From Candidatus Woesearchaeota archaeon (GTDB taxonomy: Archaea > Nanobdellota > Nanobdellia > Woesearchaeales > GW2011-AR4), in NCBI GenBank assembly GCA_016180235.1, contig JACPBQ010000004.1:303674-367673 (forward strand): a stretch of 64,000 nt of DNA, read 5' to 3'. The position numbers and the translations under genes were made by a program. This document shows positions 51,864 to 60,030 of the stretch, piece after piece. The notes below the pieces were generated by a model. It saw nothing but the letters and a program-made list of their open reading frames with translations, was not told where the DNA came from and ran no database searches. Position 1 is the first letter of the stretch, and every line of letters starts with the position of its first letter.

Positions 51864-53783
51864 CTACACAGCATCAATATCCCTTAAGCAGTTCAGTATT
51901 ATTTCCTGGCAGGATTTGAGGATCTGCTGCAGTCTCATGTCATTTGTTGCCTGCTTTACCTGGCTTATGCGGTCAAGCATCTGCCTGAAGAACCTTATCA
52001 AGTCTCCTTCAAGCAAATTCGTGTTCTTCACAATATCAAATATAGTCTTGCTGTGGTAGCATGGATGTATAAGAGAAGTAAGGTCCTCAATATGATTAAA
52101 TTTCCTGTCTTTGGATATGAAAGCATCATTTTTAATCTTTTTCTTCAAATTATCAAGGAATTCAGAATGGTAAGTCTTGTAGAATTCAGTCTTTTCCCTT
52201 GACTCATAGCAAATACAGGCTATCAAAAGCATTATCTGGTACTCATTCAGGTCAAGGTAAAAAGAAGTTGAAAATAATTCCCCTGTAATAATTTCCTCTG
52301 AGTATATCCTTGAGGAAAACAGGCCTTTTTCAGTAAGCTTACCATCTTTAATATAGCCAAGCTTGCCAAGCTTTAAAGTTAAAGCAGCAAACTTGTGGGA
52401 AAATATGTTTTTCTTGGATGAATCAACCTTTCCATACTTCTGGAAGACAAAGAAGTTCTTGGACAGTATTTCGTCAATCTCAACAGCAGTATGATTATTG
52501 ACCATATTAAGAACAGTATTGACAGACAACTTAAACTGGGATTTTATGGGATCAACATCCTTCAAGCTCATCCTCATTATGGCAGAATAGTCAAAATCCC
52601 TCCTGTTCACCATAGCGTACACAAAGCCTTCATGGTCTATTCCTCTTCTTCCAGCCCTGCCTGCAATCTGGAAATACTCTTTAGAGTTCAAAAAGCGGAA
52701 ATTAACCCCGTCAAATTTCCTTAAAGACTCAAAACACACAGATTTAGCAGGCATGTTTATTCCGACTGCAAAAGTCTCTGTGGTATAAAGGACTTTTATC
52801 AGGCCTTTTGAGAAAAGCTCCTCTACAAGCTCCTTTATCACAGGTATCAGGCCGGCATGATGGAATGCTATCCCGTAAGGAAGGACTTGCCTCAATAACT
52901 TTGTGGATTTAAGCTCATTTATCTCCTTTGGAGCGGAAGAAAGCTTTTCCCTTACTATAGGGCCAATCCTTGGATCAATGGGAAAAAGACTAGCTTTTGA
53001 CAATTCAAATGCGAAATTCTGGCATTTCTGCCTTGAAAAGCTGAAAAAGAAGCAGGGCAATTTGTCCTTTATCTCCTTCACCAAACTGACATGATTAGGG
53101 GCATTTACCCTTGGCCTTCGCTGCCTTGACCTTCCATGAAGATATTTGTAATCCGGTATGTCAATTATTTCCTTAATATCATCCAAACTAGTTATACCAA
53201 GCTCGGAATCATAGAATGACTTGTGCAAAGGCACTTGTCTTTTATCATGCCTTATGACATCAACTTTATGGCCTTTTATGGATGCTATCCAGGAAGCGAA
53301 TTCAGCTGCATTCGGTATTGTGGCTGAAAGGCACAAAAACCTCACATTATCCTTTGAGAAGATTATGGATTCTTCCCAGACATAGCCCCTTTCAATGTCA
53401 TTGATATAATGTATCTCGTCAAAAATAACATAAGATATTTTATCAAGCATCTCATCCTGGGTAAGGGCCATGTTCCTGTATATCTCTGTTGTCATTATAA
53501 GTATAGGAGCAGACTGGTTTTTTGAAATGTCACCTGTAAGAAGCCCGATGTTCTCCTTGCCATAATCCTGGCAAAATTCGCGGTATTTCTGGTTTGAAAG
53601 CGCTTTTATAGGAGCGGTATACACTACTTTGATGCCTTTTTCTATGTCCCTCTTGATTATGTAGTCAGCAATTAAAGTCTTTCCGGAGCCTGTCGGAGCT
53701 GAAACAACAACAGAATGGTTTTTCTCTATAGATATTATTGCATCTTCCTGGAACCTGTCCAGGACAAGGCCCTTGTATTCCAT
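51864..53783 (-). CDS. Ski2-like SF2 RNA helicase (Mtr4/HelY-like core with DSHCT-like C-terminus)
   Basis: LDRFQEDAI, SAPTGSGKTLIADY, YTAPIKALSNQKYREF, LLTGD, MTTEIYRNM, FDEIHYINDIERGYVWEE, LSATIPNAAEFASWI and QIAGRAGRRG. The C-terminus is LLEGDLIRFFRQMLDRI. Confidence 0.8.
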   Translation of the reverse strand: MEYKGLVLDRFQEDAIISIEKNHSVVVSAPTGSGKTLIADYIIKRDIEKGIKVVYTAPIKALSNQKYREFCQDYGKENIGLLTGDISKNQSAPILIMTTEIYRNMALTQDEMLDKISYVIFDEIHYINDIERGYVWEESIIFSKDNVRFLCLSATIPNAAEFASWIASIKGHKVDVIRHDKRQVPLHKSFYDSELGITSLDDIKEIIDIPDYKYLHGRSRQRRPRVNAPNHVSLVKEIKDKLPCFFFSFSRQKCQNFAFELSKASLFPIDPRIGPIVREKLSSAPKEINELKSTKLLRQVLPYGIAFHHAGLIPVIKELVEELFSKGLIKVLYTTETFAVGINMPAKSVCFESLRKFDGVNFRFLNSKEYFQIAGRAGRRGIDHEGFVYAMVNRRDFDYSAIMRMSLKDVDPIKSQFKLSVNTVLNMVNNHTAVEIDEILSKNFFVFQKYGKVDSSKKNIFSHKFAALTLKLGKLGYIKDGKLTEKGLFSSRIYSEEIITGELFSTSFYLDLNEYQIMLLIACICYESREKTEFYKTYHSEFLDNLKKKIKNDAFISKDRKFNHIEDLTSLIHPCYHSKTIFDIVKNTNLLEGDLIRFFRQMLDRISQVKQATNDMRLQQILKSCQEIILNCLRDIDAV

Positions 53784-53826
53784 GAAAGCAGAAAATATGG
53801 GCTATTTATTAAGTTTGTTTTTAAAT

Positions 53827-54138
53827 TCACTTCGCTTTCCTAAATTCCCCTTCCATGTCGCAGAAAATAGAAACAAATTTCCTTGTAGAGTCCTTTAATT
53901 CCTTTTCCCCTGATTTTGTAAGCCTGTATTTTTTTACCTTGCCCTTGTCCTTTATCTCCTCTATCCAGCCGTATTCCTGCAGGCTTTTTAATACAGGATA
54001 GATAGTGCCTGGGCTTGGCTTCTGGCCTTTCCTCCTCTCCAGCTCTTTTCTCAGGTCATCCCCTGACATCGGCTTCTTGCCTATCAGCCATAAAACAAGG
54101 AATGAAAGAAAACCCCGCATATCGCAGCATCTGTCCAT
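53827..54138 (-). CDS. PadR-family transcriptional regulator
   Basis: MRGFLSFLVLWLIGKKPMSGDDLRKEL...PSPGTIYPVLKSLQEYGWIE is a typical PadR wHTH. Confidence 0.85.
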   Translation of the reverse strand: MDRCCDMRGFLSFLVLWLIGKKPMSGDDLRKELERRKGQKPSPGTIYPVLKSLQEYGWIEEIKDKGKVKKYRLTKSGEKELKDSTRKFVSIFCDMEGEFRKAK

Positions 54139-54178
54139 TTTACCGTCTATAATGCAAAATGCTTTCTAGTATAAATAA

Positions 54179-54268
54179 ATATCGCATGACCAATATCCAG
54201 AATAATATATATCGTACAACCGATATATTTATATATAAGCCATGCTTCCAATATCGTATAACCGATAC
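54179..54268. promoter_or_regulatory. Three ATATCG-N6-CGATAT operator-like palindromes in the PadR / DUF5320 divergent promoter region
   Basis: The sites are 54179-54196 atatcgcatgaccaatat, 54209-54226 atatcgtacaaccgatat (perfect) and 54251-54268 atatcgtataaccgatac. The TATA-like tttatata at 54228-54235 lies between sites 2 and 3. Confidence 0.55.
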
Positions 54269-54283
54269 AGCGGAGGTGAGAAA

Positions 54284-54439
54284 ATGGGATATGGAAATAC
54301 CTGCGGATGCAGCTGCGAAGCGCCCAGAGGGTTCCTTACCAAGGAAGAGAAAGTAGAGATGCTTAAAGAGTACAAGCAGAGCCTTGAGAAGGAAGCCAAA
54401 GGAGTTGCAGAAAGGATCAAAGAAATAGAGAAAGATTAA
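54284..54439 (+). CDS. Small protein resembling DUF5320 (Cys-rich N-terminus, coiled-coil C-terminus)
   Basis: The ATG at 54284 is preceded by ggaggtga. The protein starts MGYGNTCGCSCEAPRGFLTKEEKVEMLKEYKQSLEKE. It is divergent from PadR, a pairing I recall for this family. Confidence 0.55.
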   Translation: MGYGNTCGCSCEAPRGFLTKEEKVEMLKEYKQSLEKEAKGVAERIKEIEKD

Positions 54440-54537
54440 TTCTTTCTCTTTTCTTTTTTATATTCTTTAACGGGGCTTATTGGCATAAAAGAGTTTGAGC
54501 ACCCCCTTTCTTTTTTATGCCTGTAATGCCTCCTTAA

Positions 54538-54954
54538 TCAATTTTTGATGTATTCAGCGAATTCTTCTGTATTCAGGACTTGTACTTTCGGCTGCCTTTT
54601 CAGTCTTTTATCATCTGACCAGATAATGCTGTTTTTGTAAGCCAATGCGCATGCAAAAAACAAAACATCATCAGGATCTATAGCTTTAACAATCTCATAG
54701 GCCTCTTCTTTGTATGGCAACAGAACCTCGTTTGGGACTATGACCGCTTTCTTAAGAACCAGCTGAAGAAGCTTATTCAAGTCATTTTCAGCCATTCCAG
54801 ATTTTTTCAGCAGTTCGGCCTTGTGTTTTTGCATCTCAATAAAAATATAAGAAGGAAACAAGAACAAACCATCATAATCTAGGATAATCCTTCTTGTTGT
54901 TGAGTCCTTGATTAAAGCTGAGAATAGAGTATTGGAGTCAATGATTACATTCAT
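54538..54954 (-). CDS. PIN-domain nuclease (VapC-like toxin), paralog of 51063-51464
   Basis: MNVIIDSNTLFSALIKDSTTRRIIL, DDVLFFACALA and SDDKRL. It is collinear with the first PIN protein. Confidence 0.75.
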   Translation of the reverse strand: MNVIIDSNTLFSALIKDSTTRRIILDYDGLFLFPSYIFIEMQKHKAELLKKSGMAENDLNKLLQLVLKKAVIVPNEVLLPYKEEAYEIVKAIDPDDVLFFACALAYKNSIIWSDDKRLKRQPKVQVLNTEEFAEYIKN

Positions 54955-55172
54955 GCAAGGAACCTCTTGGTTGCCTCAGATTTTATTTTTTTGCTGAATT
55001 CCATTACATCTTTCTCAGTAATTTTACTTTTCTTGGCCAAGCTTTCCGCCAATCTTAAAGCTTCAATTTTTTCTATTATAGCTCTCCTTGCCACTTCGCT
55101 CCACTTGACTTCTGAGAAATGCCTCATATTCTTGTGCACTTCATCCGGAATGGATAATGTTATATTTCCCAT
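54951..55172 (-). CDS. Ribbon-helix-helix-like antitoxin, paralog of 51461-51685
   Basis: The start is taken at MGNITLSIPDEVHKNMRHFSEVKWSEV (ORF track extends to 55256). It overlaps the PIN gene by 4 nt. Confidence 0.6.
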   Translation of the reverse strand: MGNITLSIPDEVHKNMRHFSEVKWSEVARRAIIEKIEALRLAESLAKKSKITEKDVMEFSKKIKSEATKRFLA

Positions 55173-55252
55173 ATCAAATAAATATGTGATAACACATATA
55201 TAAATGTTTTGATTTGTGCAATGAGTTAGCACAATCGGAATTTTCCAGCGTT

Positions 55253-55966
55253 TCAAAACAGCCTGAAACCCCTTCCTTCTGTAGTGCCTATGATGCCTCC
55301 TTCAACGATCTTAAAGATAATCTCGCTGTTTTCGGGAATTGACCTGTGCATCTTTATGATGGCGCGCCTGTTTCCTGCAGGAGTAATCTGCAGTTCTATA
55401 AGGCACTTTGAAGCGTACTTCAATAAATCACCGCCTACCATATTCACCTTGTCTTTTTCCTCAAAATCCGCATAGACCTGGTTAGTGACCAGAACAGGTA
55501 TGTTCTTTTTCCCGGCAATTTCCTTGAGGCAGGAAAGCTGGTTTGCAAGGTCATTGTTCACCTCAAACACATCTTCTGACTTTCCAATCTCAAGCCTGTA
55601 AAGCATGGCTATTGAATCAACAATTACAAGGCCTACCTTGCTATTAATGGTATCTTTCAGCTTCTCAAAGGTCTTTTTCTGCTCCTCAAAAGAATTTGGC
55701 TTAAAAAAAGCCATGTTGTTTATTATCTTCAGATGGTCTAAGTTTATAGAATTGCATATCTGCCTGAACCTTTCAACAGAGAAATTGTTTTCTGTGTCTA
55801 TATAGATGACTTTTTTCCCCATCCTGGATGCATTGACTGCGCAAAGTATGCACAAATTGGTCTTTCCGGAGCCTGATGGGCCGTATATTGTCGTTATTAT
55901 GTCAGACTCATAACCCTGATCCAGAAGCTTGTCAAGTATCTTGCTGCCTGTAGGTAATTTAATCAT
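55253..55966 (-). CDS. radB: RadB (archaeal RecA/Rad51 paralog)
   Basis: 237 aa with LPTGSKILDKLLDQGYESDIITTIYGPSGSGKTNLC (Walker A), VIYIDTE and LVIVDS (Walker B). It lacks the N-terminal HhH domain of RadA. Confidence 0.8.
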   Translation of the reverse strand: MIKLPTGSKILDKLLDQGYESDIITTIYGPSGSGKTNLCILCAVNASRMGKKVIYIDTENNFSVERFRQICNSINLDHLKIINNMAFFKPNSFEEQKKTFEKLKDTINSKVGLVIVDSIAMLYRLEIGKSEDVFEVNNDLANQLSCLKEIAGKKNIPVLVTNQVYADFEEKDKVNMVGGDLLKYASKCLIELQITPAGNRRAIIKMHRSIPENSEIIFKIVEGGIIGTTEGRGFRLF

Positions 55967-56021
55967 AAAAGCTAAGAATTGTGTTCAGAATATAAAATTT
56001 TACTAAAATTTCAATCCTTGA

Positions 56022-56153
56022 GTATTTAGGCGCCAACAATACGTTGGCGCATTCATCGCTCAGGAACTTTGCCCACCCGCCACAATTGGGCGGGGTGTGA
56101 AGATTACATTTCAATGCTGCGAGCCCGTAATGTGGTGAGCCTAGAATTTAAGG
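56022..56153. repeat. GC-rich hairpin-module array, copy 2 (three modules, inverted relative to copy 1)
   Basis: The reverse complement aligns with 48842-49014 minus one module. Hairpins are 56029-56049 (gcgccaa/ttggcgc) and 56075-56093 (cccgcc/ggcggg). The end block gcgagcccgtaatgtggtgagcctag lies at 56118-56143. Confidence 0.75.
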
Positions 56154-56197
56154 TATGATATTATTACTATCTAGACTCTTATTATCTTTTCCGCAAT

Positions 56198-56205
56198 ATT
56201 TATAT
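56198..56205 (+). promoter_or_regulatory. TATA-box-like element upstream of the GT2 gene
   Basis: tttatata lies 24 nt upstream of the ATG at 56229. Confidence 0.45.
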
Positions 56206-56228
56206 AATTACCAGCCAAATATTTTTCA

Positions 56229-57482
56229 ATGGCCGAGATATTAAAAATAATACTTTGGATAGCTTATTTCATATCACTGTATTTTGCAGTATTCTGGTTC
56301 ATGGTCCTGCTGGAGGACAAGCCAAAAAGAAAGGCAAAGAAGCTCCAAAAGCTCCCTTTTGTCAGCATAGTCATACCTGCATTCAACGAGGAGAAGAAGA
56401 TAAGGCCGACAGTAAAATCAGTTTTGGAGCTGGAATATCCAAGGGACAAATATGAAATAATAGTGGTCAATGACGGGAGCACGGACAAGACACAGGAAAT
56501 AACAAAAAGCATAATCAATGAATACAAAAGCCATGATATAAAGCTGATAAGCCAAACCAATAAAGGCAAGGGAGCGGCATTAAACAAAGGCCTGAGGAAG
56601 GCAAAAGGAGAATATTTCATATGCCTGGATGCGGATTCTTACGTCTCCAGGGATGCTTTAAGCAAAACGCTGCCGCACTTCACAAATGAAAAGATAGCTG
56701 CTGTCCTGCCATTACTGAAAGTAAGCAACCCAAAGACATTGCTGCAGAAGATGCAGTGGCTTGAATATATAGTCAACATGTTCTACAAGGAGCTGATGGG
56801 CAAGCTTGACTGCGTGCATGTCGCTCCAGGGCCTTTCAGCATATACAGAAAATCCATACTGGGAAAAATAGGAGGATTTGACGAAAAAAACCTCACAGAA
56901 GACCTGGAAATAACGCTCAGGCTGCAGAAGCACAACTACAGGATTGTGCAGCTTCTTAACACTGATGTCTACACGATAGCCCCATCAAGCTTCAGGGAAC
57001 TGTACAGGCAGAGGAACAGATGGTACAAGGGATCGGTCATGAACGTGATAACATACAGGAGGATGATGTTCAACAAAAATTACGGGGATTTTGGCATAAT
57101 ACAGATGCCCACAATCATAATCTCGGGCTTAATCGCAATAATAATCTTCATATCGCTGGCTTATTACGCCCTGAAGCCGCAGCTGCAGTACCTTTACAAC
57201 CTCAGCTTTGTCAATTTTGACCTTATCACATTGATCAAGAACTTTACCCTCAACCTGCATTACCTTGACTTAAACTATATGACATTCCTGCTGGTAGCTG
57301 TCATGCTCGGGGTCTCATTGTACATGATAAAAAAATCGCATGCAAAGACCAATGAGCATAAAATCACAAAATACGGAATATTTTCATTTTTATGCTACCT
57401 CATACTGTATTTTTTCATACTGGGACTGGTATGGATAGGGGTTGTTTTTGACCTGATAACTGGCAAGAGGCAGAAATGGTGA
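56229..57482 (+). CDS. Membrane-embedded family 2 glycosyltransferase with processive-synthase motif
   Basis: VVNDGSTD, LDADS, TEDLE and QRNRWYKG (the Q-x-x-R-W motif of cellulose/chitin/PNAG-type synthases), with N- and C-terminal TM helices. Confidence 0.85.
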   Translation: MAEILKIILWIAYFISLYFAVFWFMVLLEDKPKRKAKKLQKLPFVSIVIPAFNEEKKIRPTVKSVLELEYPRDKYEIIVVNDGSTDKTQEITKSIINEYKSHDIKLISQTNKGKGAALNKGLRKAKGEYFICLDADSYVSRDALSKTLPHFTNEKIAAVLPLLKVSNPKTLLQKMQWLEYIVNMFYKELMGKLDCVHVAPGPFSIYRKSILGKIGGFDEKNLTEDLEITLRLQKHNYRIVQLLNTDVYTIAPSSFRELYRQRNRWYKGSVMNVITYRRMMFNKNYGDFGIIQMPTIIISGLIAIIIFISLAYYALKPQLQYLYNLSFVNFDLITLIKNFTLNLHYLDLNYMTFLLVAVMLGVSLYMIKKSHAKTNEHKITKYGIFSFLCYLILYFFILGLVWIGVVFDLITGKRQKW

Positions 57483-58168
57483 AAAGGAAAACAAGCAAGG
57501 AGAAATACATCGTAGCAGCGCTGATAACCGGAGGAATATTTACTTTGGGGCTTCTTCTCGGCCTGCTTGTAGATGGGCAGAGAGCAGCTTACATAGGAGA
57601 GATCAGCAGGCAGCAAAACCTTGATTTCAGCAGCCTTCAGCTGCAATATGCATATATCGACCAGCTGAGCCAGGAAAACAACTGCCAGGCTGTTTCAAAA
57701 ACATTTGAAAAGAACATAGAAGAGCTGGAAAACACAAGACTCAGGCTTGAGAATTTTGACCAGGACGCGACCCTGAACAAGCAGGATTTTGACTTGTTGA
57801 AAAGGGAATACATACTTGCGCAGATAAGGTACTGGCTTTTGGCTGAAAGGACCAAGGATCTCTGCGGCAATGACGCGGTCTCAATACTTTATTTCTTCTC
57901 CGATGAGCAGGAATGCCAGCAATGCGACAGCCAGGCTTTCATCCTCACATTCCTGAAAAAGCAGTTCAAGGAAAAGCTGCTCATTTTCTCATTTGACAGC
58001 AAATTCTCCCAGGAGCCCCTGATAAGCATACTCCAAAGCACATATGATATAACCAAATACCCCACATTGATAATAGGGGGGAAAAAATACGAGGGAATAA
58101 CCGGAAGAGACGACATACTGGGGGAAATATGCAGGCATTACAAGCAAAGAACGGAAGAATGCACCTAA
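57476..58168 (+). CDS. Membrane-anchored protein with thioredoxin-like C-terminal region (CQQC)
   Basis: Single TM IVAALITGGIFTLGLLLGLLV, a coiled-coil segment, then FFSDEQECQQCDSQ and KYPTLIIGGKKYEG. It overlaps the GT2 stop by 7 nt. Confidence 0.5.
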   Translation: MVKRKTSKEKYIVAALITGGIFTLGLLLGLLVDGQRAAYIGEISRQQNLDFSSLQLQYAYIDQLSQENNCQAVSKTFEKNIEELENTRLRLENFDQDATLNKQDFDLLKREYILAQIRYWLLAERTKDLCGNDAVSILYFFSDEQECQQCDSQAFILTFLKKQFKEKLLIFSFDSKFSQEPLISILQSTYDITKYPTLIIGGKKYEGITGRDDILGEICRHYKQRTEECT

Positions 58169-58178
58169 TAAAGGTAAC

Positions 58179-59600
58179 ATGCCAAATTACAAATACATTT
58201 TCGGAAATAAAAATTCCCTATTATTCCTGGCATTGTCATTATTCTTCATTTCCAATCTGATATTGCTGCTTCTTGCAAATAATGTATGGTGGGACGCTTC
58301 CGTCTATGCAGGCATGGGAAAATATATCTTTTCCTCTGGAAATGCGGGATTATGGGAATCGTCAAGGCCTTTGGCGTGGCCAATAATCCTCGGATTTATA
58401 TGGAAACTGAACCTTGATGCTGTCTTATTCGGGAAATTAATCTCATTGTTTTTTTCAGCTGGAATATTATTATTTACCTATATAATCGGAAAAGAAATTT
58501 TTGGCAGGAAAACAGCTTTATTGTCAGTTTTACTCCTGGCATTGACCCCTACATTCTTCTTTTTCAGCAAGATCATGCTTTCAGAGACAATATCGACTTT
58601 TTTCATCCTTGTTGCGGTCTATTTACTAATCAAAAAGAAATATCTTTTTTCCGGGCTGTTTTTCGGCATAGCTTTCATGACGAGGTTTTTGCAATTGGTG
58701 CCATTTTTAGCAGCCATAATTATATTTTTAATTTATAACAAAGCCGGCAAAAAACCGATAAAAGACATCTTAAAAATAATCATAGGCTTTATTATTCCCG
58801 TTGCCCCTTATCTGGGATTGAATTATACCCTTTACAATAATCCATTATTCCCTTTTATCCAGCAAATTTTCCTGACACAGAATACGGGATGGATGTGGAT
58901 TGAGCCGTGGTGGTTTTATTTCCTGCAGCTTTTCAAGGAGAATTTCCTTTACATATTTGCATTTTTGGGTATTTATTTCCTATTCAAGGATAAGATGGAT
59001 TACGAGAAAAGCCTGATTTTTTCCCTTTTCCTGATGCAATTGCTGCTTTTCATCCTGATACCGCACAAGGAAATGAGATTTTTGATAGCTGTCATGCCAT
59101 TCATGTACATGGCTGCTTCATACGGCATAACTGGGTTTTTTGAATTCAATAGAAAATTCATGGCATTGCTTTACCTCCTAATAATCCTATTTGCCGTTAA
59201 CTCGTCTGCCATCATATATTCCAATGAGAAGGAAGAGATTGGGAAAAACAGCAACTTAATTGCTTTTCAGGAATACCTTGAAAAAGAAAATCTTGGAAAT
59301 ATATGGATATCAAATCCTGCATATGCCGCTTATTCCGACAAAAAAATTGACACTCTAATCTACTATCCTGCATTCGACAGGCAAAGAGCCGATTTTTTAA
59401 ATTCTAATCTATTAAATGCCGATACAATATTATTGGATACTTGCGATATACCTTGCCATCCAATGGATTCAGAGTGCCAGCGGGAAAAAGAAAACTTCAT
59501 TAATAATGCCAAAAATCAATTCAAGGCTCATTACAGCAGAAAATACGGCAGCTGCGAGCAGATTATAGCCAAGGAAGCTAGGATTTTTTCCTTATCTTAA
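58179..59600 (+). CDS. GT-C fold glycosyltransferase (ArnT / PMT-like, family 39/83-type)
   Basis: 473-aa ORF with about 11 TM helices, an early loop WWDASVYAGMGKY and a soluble C-terminal domain. Confidence 0.7.
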   Translation: MPNYKYIFGNKNSLLFLALSLFFISNLILLLLANNVWWDASVYAGMGKYIFSSGNAGLWESSRPLAWPIILGFIWKLNLDAVLFGKLISLFFSAGILLFTYIIGKEIFGRKTALLSVLLLALTPTFFFFSKIMLSETISTFFILVAVYLLIKKKYLFSGLFFGIAFMTRFLQLVPFLAAIIIFLIYNKAGKKPIKDILKIIIGFIIPVAPYLGLNYTLYNNPLFPFIQQIFLTQNTGWMWIEPWWFYFLQLFKENFLYIFAFLGIYFLFKDKMDYEKSLIFSLFLMQLLLFILIPHKEMRFLIAVMPFMYMAASYGITGFFEFNRKFMALLYLLIILFAVNSSAIIYSNEKEEIGKNSNLIAFQEYLEKENLGNIWISNPAYAAYSDKKIDTLIYYPAFDRQRADFLNSNLLNADTILLDTCDIPCHPMDSECQREKENFINNAKNQFKAHYSRKYGSCEQIIAKEARIFSLS

Positions 59601-60030
59601 TAAAATGACCTAAGGTAAAGCCTTCTGATTTCGCATGCCCTAATTTCTCATGCTTTTCCTCGTATTCCTCCAAAAGGCTGATTCCGAGGGCTTTTTGCAG
59701 CTTTTTTGCGAGGATAATGTCCGGATGGAAATTTCCGGATTCAATCTTGTGCACAAGTGATTCCTTCTCATTTATCCTTTTTGCAAATTCCTGCTGGGTC
59801 AATCCCAGCTCCTCCCTTTTCTTCTTTATCCTTCCTGCATAATCTTCAACTATAAGATCCATCACTTCGGGCTCTTCTGCCCTTTTTAGCGGCTTTTTTT
59901 CCTCTTCATGCTGCCTTACCGGGCCAAGAACCGTGCCGAACCTGCTGCATTTTCCGCACACTGTCAATATAGCGCCTTCTACCTCGGCTTTAAGCATGCT
60001 TCCAGAGCTGCCGCACATGTCGCATATCAT
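59578..60030 (-). CDS. Archaeal multiprotein bridging factor 1 (aMBF1: zinc ribbon + HTH)
   Basis: CDMCGS...CGKCSRFG zinc ribbon and the cro/C1 HTH LGLTQQEFAKRINEKESLVHKIESG. Confidence 0.8.
   Translation of the reverse strand: MICDMCGSSGSMLKAEVEGAILTVCGKCSRFGTVLGPVRQHEEEKKPLKRAEEPEVMDLIVEDYAGRIKKKREELGLTQQEFAKRINEKESLVHKIESGNFHPDIILAKKLQKALGISLLEEYEEKHEKLGHAKSEGFTLGHFIKIRKKS

Noticed and set aside
54159-54420. 65-aa + strand and 63-aa minus-strand ORFs in the PadR/DUF5320 intergenic region
   Set aside because: They overlap the operator/promoter region and the better-supported 52-codon gene starting at 54284 (with a ggaggtga site). They are likely spurious.
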